From Gammaproteobacteria bacterium (lineage in GTDB: Bacteria > Pseudomonadota > Gammaproteobacteria > HK1), in NCBI GenBank assembly GCA_012103455.1, contig WLWT01000001.1, forward strand, positions 2,795,288 through 2,859,287: a DNA stretch of 64,000 nucleotides, in the 5' to 3' direction. This document shows, in pieces, positions 1 through 8,294 of this stretch. Under the pieces are notes generated by a model. The model made no database searches. It was not told where the DNA came from and saw nothing but the letters and a program-made list of their open reading frames with translations. How positions within the stretch are numbered: position 1 is the stretch's first letter; each line of letters begins with the position of its first letter. A program made the position numbers and the translations under genes.

Positions 1-1
1 C

Positions 2-172
2 ACGGATTCCTTGATTTTCGAGCCGCAAGAGCTGGAACCAGATGAAGACCTGCGCATGCAGTTCAAGGCGGTCAGCGACATGCCCGCCGACGAACAGCGC
101 GTCGTCAAGCAACTGCTGGAAGGGATGATTATCAAATACGAGGCGGAACGCTGGTCTTCGAAGGCCCGGTGA
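2..172 (+). CDS. 3' end of an unknown ORF (partial, C-terminal 56 codons)
   Basis: Open frame from the window edge to TGA at 170-172. No recognisable family. Confidence 0.25.
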   Translation, partial: TDSLIFEPQELEPDEDLRMQFKAVSDMPADEQRVVKQLLEGMIIKYEAERWSSKAR

Positions 173-209
173 TTACCCAACCACCAGTCAAATCCATGAG
201 GTAACGACA

Positions 210-389
210 ATGCATACCGCCAAACAGGAAGCACTAGAGGCCATTCAACGGTTACCCGATGATGTGGACACCGAAGAGATGATCTATCGGCTCTATGTGC
301 TGGAGAACATCCGACGCGGTCAGCAGGACGCTGACAAGGGTAAAACCGAATCCGCCGAAGCGGTGCTTAAAGATATTCAATCATGGTGA
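210..389 (+). CDS. small antitoxin-like protein (59 aa) partnered with ParE/RelE-type toxin
   Basis: ATG at 210 to TGA at 387-389, read by eye (under 60 aa, so absent from the ORF track). Overlaps the downstream toxin start by 7 nt. C-terminal ...NIRRGQQDADKGKTESAEAVLKDIQSW is typical of short ParE-partner antitoxins. Confidence 0.5.
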   Translation: MHTAKQEALEAIQRLPDDVDTEEMIYRLYVLENIRRGQQDADKGKTESAEAVLKDIQSW

Positions 390-686
390 AGTGGACGAAC
401 CATGCCAAACGGCAGCTTCGTCACATCCATGACTACATCGCCCAGGACTCGCCCATGTATGCCAGGCGGGTCAGTGAAGCACTGGTCAAAAGAACCATTG
501 GCCTGGACGATGCTACCCCGCAAAGGACGGACAGTGCCAGAGCTGAACGAAGAAGCCGTGCGGGAACTAGGGCTGTATTCCTACCGGATTTTGTACGAGA
601 TCAAATCCGATGACCTTATCGAGGTATTGGCCGTGATTCATAAACGGCGGCATCTGGAGGCTGAGGAGATTCCGAGAGATCAATGA
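383..686 (+). pseudogene. ParE/RelE-family toxin, frameshifted near 510
   Basis: The N-terminus MVKWTNHAKRQLRHIHDYI...VSEALVKRT lies in frame 2 (383..613). The C-terminus LPRKGRTVPELNEEAVRELGLYSYRILYEIKSDDLIEVLAVIHKRR lies in frame 0 (402..686). The two join at ~507-515 with a 1-nt indel. Confidence 0.55.
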
Positions 687-698
687 CAAAGCCCCGCT

Positions 699-1055
699 TC
701 ATTCCACATAATCCTCAAATTCCCATCGCCCAAGTCGAGAAACTCTCGTTGCCACCTCATTCCAATCCTCACCTGAACAATGCATTAAATATTTATTAAT
801 CCTTCGGATGATGTTTTCGTAATTGTACTCGCGGACAATAAAATGGTGACGACCAATAACAATCTCATCCAGCCCATATGTTTTTTCAATCCACTTGGGC
901 GTACATACCTCAATATCAAACGATTCTTCCCAGTCTTCTCCCACAGGACCGATCATCGCCTGTAACAAAAAGGCAAAGCACTCTGGTTCTGCAGGTTGAT
1001 GACCGAGAAGATCGTCTACATCAGGGCTATGAACACGCTTTAGTTCTGCTTTCAT
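699..1055 (-). CDS. putative immunity protein for the orphan rhs C-terminal toxin
   Basis: 118-aa acidic ORF whose start lies 4 nt downstream of the stop of the rhs-CT ORF (1060). This is the classic rhs-CT/rhsI arrangement. Confidence 0.45.
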   Translation of the reverse strand: MKAELKRVHSPDVDDLLGHQPAEPECFAFLLQAMIGPVGEDWEESFDIEVCTPKWIEKTYGLDEIVIGRHHFIVREYNYENIIRRINKYLMHCSGEDWNEVATRVSRLGRWEFEDYVE

Positions 1056-1059
1056 AGCT

Positions 1060-3726
1060 CTAACCTATAACATCTAGATGACTATTGGATTGCCATCCTT
1101 TTGTCTTCTGTCCTGGGATTTTTTGCTCAAAGTTTGCTTGAGTTTTACCCAGCTTACCTTTGTAGCTAGGTGGACGATATTGCCTTAACCCATCTTTTCC
1201 GACCAAGGTTTTTCCATCACTTGCTATCTTGTAGTCATCACCAACCCAAGCCTTACCTAGCTTATCGGCTTCCGTTCTTGTGCCAGTACCTAGGCCAAAG
1301 TTTCCTTTCCCTTTAGCCGCATCACGAAGGATGCCTATTTCCTTCGCTACACCCTTTGAGGCACAATTATGAACCCATACTCCCCGCTCCCCCACAAAAT
1401 AAGTATGGAACTTGTCAACACTGATATCATAGGCAAGAAAAGCACTCTCACGCGTGCGCGCCGCCACAACATCAAGGGACTCGCCCGTCGCGGTCACTAG
1501 CTGCATGCCCGCCGACACACTATCCGCCCGGATAAATCCTTGCCCTCCGACATAGAACGGATGTTCGGCCGTGGTGACGAGGGTCTCCATACCGCCGTCA
1601 TGGGCAATACCGAGGCTGATTTGGCTGGCATGTTCTCTCGCGCCCACGCCCGTGACCGCTTGGTAAGCCGTCTCGCCGGTGGTCTCATGGCGCGAAAAGA
1701 CTAAGTCCCCCCTCTGCAAGGACTCGATGGGCACCGGGCCTTGTTCGGTGAGTACCGGGGTGCCGGCGGGGAAACTGCAGGTGCCTTTGAAGATGCCGCG
1801 GACGATGCCATACAGCCCGCGGGCACTGTTGGCCATCTTCGCCACTTGCTGGCCAATCAGGGCGCCGGGCGCCGCACCCACGCCCAGGCCTAGTGCGCCG
1901 ATCCCCGCGCCCACCGCCGCGCCACCGAGGCGCAGCGCGGTTTCTTCTATGGCCGCCTGTGCCGCCTGTTCGTGCCGGCCATAGAGAGCGAGTCCCTTCG
2001 ACTCGGCGTAGGGAATACCGGTGGTCCCGGCCGCTGCGGACAGGAGTTGGGGGGCGGCGCTGCTCACCCGGTCCCAAAAGCTGGGCCGTTTTTCATAGCT
2101 GGTTCGTTGGGCGGTTGAGTTGTTGTGGATGGAGCCGGTGGCCACGGTGCCGAAGGGGTCGACGAACATGACCGGGTTGTTGGCGGCATAGGCGTATTGG
2201 TTGACGCCATCGACAAAGCCCAGCGGGTCGCGCTGGGTGAACCGGCCGGTACTGGGGTCGTAGTAGCGCGCCCGGTAGTAGAGCAGGCCGGTTGCGTCCG
2301 CTTCGCGGCCGGTGTAGTCGAAGCGTTGCAGGTGGCCGCTACGGGTCACGACAGTGCCCCAGGCGTCGTATTGGTGGGCGCCCAGTAGGGTGCCGGCGGC
2401 ATCGGTCATGGCCACGACGGAGCCGAGGCCGTCTTGTTGGTAAAACTGGCTGGCGCCGTCGGCGTCGGTGTGGATGAGCGGGTTATCGATGCCGGCGTGG
2501 GTATAGCGGCCCGCCGCTTGGGTCCAGGTGCCGCCGTAGTCGGCCACCAGGTTGGCGCCTGAGTAGATAAACCGCTCGGTCGCCGCGCCTTGTCGTTTCT
2601 CGATGCGCCGGCCGCCGGGGTCGTATTGGTAGGTCTCGAGGGAGCCATCGTCGAGCTCGGCGCTACTCAAGCGGTCCAGGGCGTCATAGTTGAGTGTGAG
2701 GACGGGCAGTACGCCGCCGGCCAGTTGGCGGGTCAGGTTGCCGTTGTCATCGTATTCGTAGCCCATGTCCGTGCTGGCGCCGCTATCGATAGTGAGCAAT
2801 CTCATCAATGGTGAGGGTGGGGCTGCCGTTTTCGTTGAAGAAATAACGCTTGACGAAGCCGCGCTCATTGGTGGTGGTGGCCTCGCGGCGATAGTCGTTG
2901 TCAGTGAAGGTCAGGGTGCCGCCCCGATCATCGGTGTGGCGCAACACCCGTCCATTGCTGTAGTACTCGAAGGTCATGCCGTTGCCGTTGGGCTTTTGGT
3001 AGCGGCGCAGGGCGTGATTGAGATTCACCCCGTCGGCGAGGCCGTAGTACTCGTACGTCAGGCCCGGTTGCTGGCCGCTGGCCGCGAGCGGGTTATCGAC
3101 GCGCTCCAACTCGCCGTCGGCGTTGTAGTGGTAGCGCCACTCGCGCCCCGTCGAGGGGTAGGTCCAGTCACGCAGGTGGGTAATGCGCTGGGCCGAGTCG
3201 TACAACAAGGTGATGACCCGGTCGAGGTCATCGGTGACGGTGTCCAGGGTACCGGCTGGGCCGTAGTCGAAGCGCAGGCCGTTGCCATTGCGGTCTTCGA
3301 GGCGCAGCACGCGGGCTGTTTGGCCGACCGTGCCGGGGACATTCTCGAAGAAATAGCTAAAGCCGTTTTTCTCCCGAATGCGATAGCGCCCATCGGGTTC
3401 ACGGCTGGCGGTGAAATAAAAGCCCTGCGGTGGGGTGAACGCGGCGCCGATGGCCACACCGCCGGCGGCGCCGGCGACGGGGATGAAGCGCTGTCCGCCA
3501 TCGCCGGTGGTCCAGGTGACCGATGAGGTCAGGGTGTCCTCGTCGGCGGACTCCTCTTGCGCATCGCCATCGCTGTCCTCGAAGGTCAGGAAGTGATTGA
3601 AACTGTGCGTCCAGCCGTAACCGAGGGGCGCCGTTGAGGCGTTGGGATGGGCGGCGGCCAGACTGTTGTAGGTGCGTTGAAAAGAGATAGGCAGCCCGCC
3701 GCGGCCAATGACCCGCAAGTCCTGTG
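1060..3726 (-). pseudogene. rhs: rhs orphan module (degenerate): internal YD-repeat segment fused out of frame to RHS core (YDPSTGRFTQRDPLG), pretoxin-HINT domain (CSFPAGTPV...VWVHNC) and an unrelated C-terminal toxin domain
   Basis: Two overlapping ORFs, 2783..3718 and 1060..2868, in different frames. Both are near-identical in protein to the main rhs (approx aa 1080-1390 and aa 2095-2390 of the 8152..15582 product). Homology to the main gene begins abruptly at ~3726. Confidence 0.8.
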
Positions 3727-4296
3727 CAACTGCCCGCGCACTTCCGCTCCGGCCTTGCGGTTCTTCTCCGGCAGGCGATAACCCAATGTCCGGTTGGCGT
3801 AGCCCAGCTTGAAGCGCTCAATCAGTTCGGGATGATCACCCAAACCCCGGCTTTTGAGGTAATCCAGGGCCTCCGAGCTTTGCTTCAACATCTCGTGGTA
3901 GTAGTCGATTACCACAGCAAACTGTTTCTGGTCGTCAGGATTAGCGGCTAAAGAGAATGGATGCTTGGCGGTGGTATTGCGCTTGACCGGCGCAGCCGGA
4001 ACCGACAGCGTGGCATTACCTTCCCGCATCAGCTCCACCGCATGGCGGAAACTCACACCCTGGCGCTTCATCACCCACTGAATCGCGTCACCGCTTTCAT
4101 TACAGGCACCCAGGCAATGCCACAGGTTCTTGTCCGGACTGATCACCAGGGACGGTTCTTTGTCGTCGTGGAACGGACACGGACCCAGATAGTTCTTGCC
4201 GTGCTTCTTCAACTCGATGCCGGAGGACTCCACCAGGCGCACCAAAGCTACTTCGCGTTTCAGGCGGTCGAGTTCAGATTCGGGTATTCGGGCCAT
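3727..4296 (-). pseudogene. DNA primase N-terminus (CHC2 zinc finger, P4/TraC-like), truncated after ~190 codons by the rhs orphan
   Basis: CPFHDDKEPSLVISPDKNLWHCLGACNESGDAIQWV zinc-binding motif. The ORF 3586..4296 then runs into the rhs-homologous DNA in an unrelated frame. Confidence 0.6.
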
Positions 4297-4462
4297 ATTT
4301 CACCTCGCTGACAGCAATTTCTATCAACAAACGATGGATGAAATATACCTAACATGTTACTATGAGTCAACACAATAACTTTGATAACCACCAATCTCTA
4401 GGATAAACTAAGGAGTATCTATTACCCAAATAACCTTGTTAGGCAGCAAAACGAGGCTTATC

Positions 4463-4831
4463 ATGACTTTGGGAGAACGTATTAAACGGCTCAGGCAGGA
4501 GCGCAACTGGTCGCAGACGCAGTTTGCCCAGAAGCTCAAGGTGCACCAGAAGCAGATTTCCGGTTATGAGCGGGATGTTCATGTCCCATCGACCGAACTG
4601 CTGATCCGCATGGCCGATCTGTTCAATGTCTCCTTGGACTATCTCGCCTTCGATAACCGGGAAGATTTGCAACAGGTTCAGATCGCCGACCGTGACCTGC
4701 TACAAAAGCTGGAGGCCATCGACCGGCTGGCCGATGCGGACAGAGCCACCGTCAAGGCCGTGCTCGATGCCTTCATTCTTAAGAATCGGTTTCAGCAACT
4801 CGCCTCGACCCACAAGGAGCAAACGGCATGA
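4463..4831 (+). CDS. XRE-family helix-turn-helix transcriptional regulator
   Basis: MTLGERIKRLRQERNWSQTQFAQKLKVHQKQISGYERDVHVPSTELLIRMADLFNVSLDYL is an HTH_3 (cro/C1-type) domain. Divergent from the primase remnant. Confidence 0.7.
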   Translation: MTLGERIKRLRQERNWSQTQFAQKLKVHQKQISGYERDVHVPSTELLIRMADLFNVSLDYLAFDNREDLQQVQIADRDLLQKLEAIDRLADADRATVKAVLDAFILKNRFQQLASTHKEQTA

Positions 4832-5058
4832 CCGATTATCGGGATCGCATCACCATCGAGCCGGGCAAGCGCGGCGGCAAGCCCTGCATCCGTTCCATGC
4901 GGATCACAGTCTATGATGTGCTGGATTGGCTGGCCTCAGGCATGAGCGAAGCGGAGATTTTGGAGGATTACCCGGAGTTGACCCAGGATGACATCCGGGC
5001 CTGCCTGGCCTTCGCCGCCAACCGGGAACACCAGCTATCGACGATTGCACCGGCTTGA
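4828..5058 (+). CDS. DUF433-family protein (putative antitoxin-like partner)
   Basis: GGKPCIRSMRITVYDVLDWLASGMSEAEILEDYPELTQDDIRACLAFAA matches the DUF433 pattern. 4-nt overlap with upstream and downstream genes. Confidence 0.65.
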   Translation: MTDYRDRITIEPGKRGGKPCIRSMRITVYDVLDWLASGMSEAEILEDYPELTQDDIRACLAFAANREHQLSTIAPA

Positions 5059-5387
5059 AGCTGCTACTGGATCAGAACCTGTCGTTGAGGTTGCTGGAGA
5101 AGCTGGAACCGGTGTATCCGGGGTCAACGCAAGTCAAGTTCGTTGAGCTTGACCAGGCCGATGACCTGACCGTCTGGCAGTTTGCCAAGGACAACGGCTT
5201 TACCATCGTCACCAAAGATTCGGATTTTCACGAATTCAGCCTGGTCTACGGCAATCCGCCGAAGGTCATCTGGTTGAAATGCGGCAATAAGCCCAAGTGG
5301 TATGTGCTCGGCTTGCTGCTCAACAACAAAGACCAGATCGAAGCCTTCCTCGAAGACTCGGACAGCAGTTGCTTGGAGATTTATTGA
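5055..5387 (+). CDS. DUF5615 / PIN-like (Mut7-C-like) protein, usual partner of DUF433
   Basis: MKLLLDQNLSLRL...FTIVTKDSDFHEF...VIWLKCGN pattern. Translationally coupled to the DUF433 gene. Confidence 0.6.
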   Translation: MKLLLDQNLSLRLLEKLEPVYPGSTQVKFVELDQADDLTVWQFAKDNGFTIVTKDSDFHEFSLVYGNPPKVIWLKCGNKPKWYVLGLLLNNKDQIEAFLEDSDSSCLEIY

Positions 5388-5407
5388 TCAGGGGTGTTAG
5401 AAAAGCT

Positions 5408-5977
5408 TCAATGGGAAATTGTATTTTGATACTCATTCCATAACTCACTTGTTATGCGAGTGCCAAGTATCAAATTATCCCAATACTGCTGCAGCATTCC
5501 TTCCACAGTATAGACACCTTCGTCAGTTTCAGCCGTCCGACTTACGAGCAAATCTGACAACACTCGCCAATATCTACTCCGGGCTTTCGCACTCAAATCA
5601 CTATCGCTCTTCAGCGCCTCACTCAAATTAAACGGAAACAGCCGCACTAATCGCGACCTGCGATTTTCAGCCAACGCAGTTGAGTAGTCACCGCGAGTTC
5701 GCGCAACCATGCTCAACATATGGGAGGCTACAGCTGAATCTGAGTGTGACCGTAATATTCTTTCGAAAGATACATCGCCATCTGGTAGCAACACACTATA
5801 ACGATACGCATCCCATACTGCTGCCTCGAAACTGCTAGGCGTCGTCAATAACCCTGAAAAGATATCTGATGCTGCTTCATAGTCTGCCAGCGGCGGCAAC
5901 AACAACAGTACACCACATAGTAAACTTTCCGCTTCTGAGACCACACCTCTTTGAACCTGGGGTTCCAGAATAGACAC
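5408..5977 (-). CDS. hypothetical protein
   Basis: 189-codon ORF (GTG start) with no recognisable motifs. Ends just before the IS630 left end. Confidence 0.3.
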   Translation of the reverse strand: MSILEPQVQRGVVSEAESLLCGVLLLLPPLADYEAASDIFSGLLTTPSSFEAAVWDAYRYSVLLPDGDVSFERILRSHSDSAVASHMLSMVARTRGDYSTALAENRRSRLVRLFPFNLSEALKSDSDLSAKARSRYWRVLSDLLVSRTAETDEGVYTVEGMLQQYWDNLILGTRITSELWNEYQNTISH

Positions 5978-6059
5978 TATGGTCTCGTTATCACCTTCCT
6001 CAATAGCATGCGCTAAAGCCGAGCCAACACTATACCCATCGCCATTGAAAGTGCGAATC

Positions 6060-7150
6060 TAGAATACTTACATTAGCTAGCTGATTATGGTCAAAATAAG
6101 CTTATGAACAATCATTTAACACCGAACGAGCGCGATGAACTCATAAAATCTCATCGTAAAGAGAGAGATGGGCGTATTCGAGACCGAATAAAAGCGGTTT
6201 TAGCTTTTGATGAGGGTTATAGTTATTCAGAAATTTCCAGGATTTTGCTTTTAGATGATGAGACTATTAGACGCCCTGTCGATGATTACTTTTCTAAAGC
6301 TAAGCTGAAGCCCGAAAACGGGGGCAGCAAAAGTGATTGAGACGAGCATGAAACAGCAAAGCTCGTTAAACACATAGAAGGAATGACTTATCCTTATGTT
6401 AAGGACATCTGCACTTATGTGAAGTTGAATGTTGGTAAGCTTTACAGTGTAAGCGGCATGACAAAATGGCTGCATCGCAATAATGTCTGCCATAAGAAGC
6501 CTGATGCAGTTCCAGCGAAAGCAAACGCACAGGCGCAAAAAGCGTTTGTCAAAGACTATGAACATCTTTCGAAAAACGCTAAAAACAAGGGTTTAATCTA
6601 TTTCTCGGACAGTTTTCACCCACAGTATCAAACGCGGTTGGCTTATGAATGGATTTTAAGAGGCACTCGAAAGAATATTGCCACAACGGCTCGTCAAACA
6701 CGATTGAATTTCATTGGTGCTGTATCTTTGGAGGGTCACACAATAATCCACACTGAAGTTGAGCGAGTGAATGCGCAAACCATTAAATCTTTTCTAAAAT
6801 CTCTACGCAAACGGCATACACCAGAGAAAGAAATTCATGTAATTTGGGATAATGCGGCTTATCATAAGAGCAAAGACGTTCAGTCTTATGCCAAGGACTC
6901 AAACATTAAATTACACTATTTGCCGCCCTATTCACCGAATTTAAATCCAATTGAGCGACTTTGGAAAATGATGCATGAAGCGGTTACTTATAATCGGTAC
7001 TATGAGAAGTTTGTAGATTTTCGGGAAGCCTCTTTGAATTTTTTCAAGCGCGTTGGAAGACGAAAGGCTTTATTGAGAAAAGAATCACTGATAGGTTTCA
7101 CATTATTAATGCACCGATGTTCGCATCTTGAAGTGTGATGGGTATATTGG
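6060..7150. mobile_element. IS630-family insertion sequence (low GC ~40%), boundaries approximate
   Basis: Contains an HTH ORF (6104..6340) and a DDE ORF (6383..7138) with HVIWDNAAYHKSKDVQSYA...LHYLPPYSPNLNPIERLWKMMHE, typical of IS630/Tc1. Sharp GC drop relative to flanks. Terminal inverted repeats not confidently resolved. Confidence 0.65.
6104..7138 (+). pseudogene. IS630 transposase interrupted by a single in-frame TGA (6338-6340)
   Basis: ORFs 6104..6340 and 6383..7138 are in the same frame. The intervening 14 codons, DEHETAKLVKHIEG, have no other stop and align with the HTH-to-DDE linker. Confidence 0.65.
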
Positions 7151-7249
7151 ACTCCAGGCGCCCTAGTCGGAGTCGGTCCGGTCGCACCGGTTGGTACACG
7201 TATCGCCTCACCGTTTGGGGTGACTACGAAATCCGGGGCCTTCGATGGG

Positions 7250-7285
7250 TCGGATACCCTCTTTGGCGGACAATTATGAACCCAT
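7250..7285 (-). other. remnant 3' end of a third pretoxin-HINT domain (encodes ...VWVHNC) marking a truncated orphan toxin module
   Basis: ggacaattatgaacccatac matches the VWVHNC-coding sequence at 1370-1390 and 7822-7842. Followed by novel sequence (PPKRVSDPSKAPDFVVTPNGEAIRV...) that runs into IS630. Confidence 0.45.
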
Positions 7286-7305
7286 ACCCCATATATTTTT
7301 TAAGT

Positions 7306-7560
7306 TTACTCAACATACAGCTTATCAATCAGTTCTTCTAAGCTTTTCCCTTTTATGTTGGCGTTATATTCTTCGTCGAAGCCAACTTCCAAAAGATAAT
7401 CAGAACACAGTTCTCTTAAATCGACAGCATCATCTTCATCTAGATCTTTAAGCACAACACAGGTGGGTTGATCTTCGAAATCTAGTCTTTTCTGCCATTT
7501 GAAGTGTTCCTTGACTTCAATCAACATGCCTCTCTGCTGGGAGGTCAGACGCACGATCAT
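7306..7560 (-). CDS. putative immunity protein for the main rhs C-terminal toxin
   Basis: 84-aa acidic ORF whose ATG overlaps the stop of the toxin ORF (7557). Confidence 0.5.
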   Translation of the reverse strand: MIVRLTSQQRGMLIEVKEHFKWQKRLDFEDQPTCVVLKDLDEDDAVDLRELCSDYLLEVGFDEEYNANIKGKSLEELIDKLYVE

Positions 7561-8294
7561 TGCCCACCTCCCTGTTGCCTTTTCAGTCGTTCTGCTAATT
7601 TAGAGCCCGTGGGATGAACAGTAACAACTTTTCCAGTTTCTGGGTTGATCGCCACAGTTGCCTTTTCACCAATGAACTTCTCGCTCGGTCGTCCCTGACT
7701 GTCATATTTTACATTAGTCTTTTTGAGCGGATTTTTTACAGCATCTAGCTCATCAGTGCTTTTTACCTGTCGGTTAATTTTTTGGTTAAGACTATGTTTG
7801 GTGTGCTGTATTGTTCCCTTTGTAACCGGACAATTGTGAACCCATACTCCCCGCTCCCCCACAAAATAAGTATGGAACTGATCAACACTGATATCATAGG
7901 CAAGAAAAGCACTCGCGCGCGTGCGCGCCGCCACTACATCAAGGGACTCGCCCGTCGCTGTCACTAGCTGCATACCCGCCGACACACTATCCGCCCGGAT
8001 AAATCCTCGCCCTCTGACATAGAACGGATGTTCGGCCGTGGTGACGAGGGTCTCTATACCGCCGCCATAGGCAATACCGAGGCTGACGTGGCTGGCATGT
8101 TCTCTCGCGCCCACGCCCGTGACCGCTTGGTAAGCCGTCTCGCCGGTGGTCTCATGGCGTGAAAAGACTAAGTCCCCTCTCTGGCAAGGACTCGATGGGC
8201 ACCAGGCCCTGTTCGGTGAGTACCGGGGTGCCGGCGGGGAAACTGCAGGTGCCTTTGAAGATGCCGCGGACGATGCCATACAGCCTGCGGGCAC
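7557..8294 (-). CDS. rhs: C-terminal portion of main rhs: distal pretoxin-HINT domain plus 90-aa C-terminal toxin domain. It is in a different frame from 8152..15582 because of a 1-nt frameshift at ~8186.
   Basis: ...QRGDLVFSRHETTGE...FHTYFVGERGVWVHNC is near-identical to the orphan HINT domain. It is then followed by the unique tail PVTKGTIQHTKHS...ATVAINPETGKVVTVHPTG. Confidence 0.7.
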   Translation of the reverse strand: MPAGCMASSAASSKAPAVSPPAPRYSPNRAWCPSSPCQRGDLVFSRHETTGETAYQAVTGVGAREHASHVSLGIAYGGGIETLVTTAEHPFYVRGRGFIRADSVSAGMQLVTATGESLDVVAARTRASAFLAYDISVDQFHTYFVGERGVWVHNCPVTKGTIQHTKHSLNQKINRQVKSTDELDAVKNPLKKTNVKYDSQGRPSEKFIGEKATVAINPETGKVVTVHPTGSKLAERLKRQQGGGQ

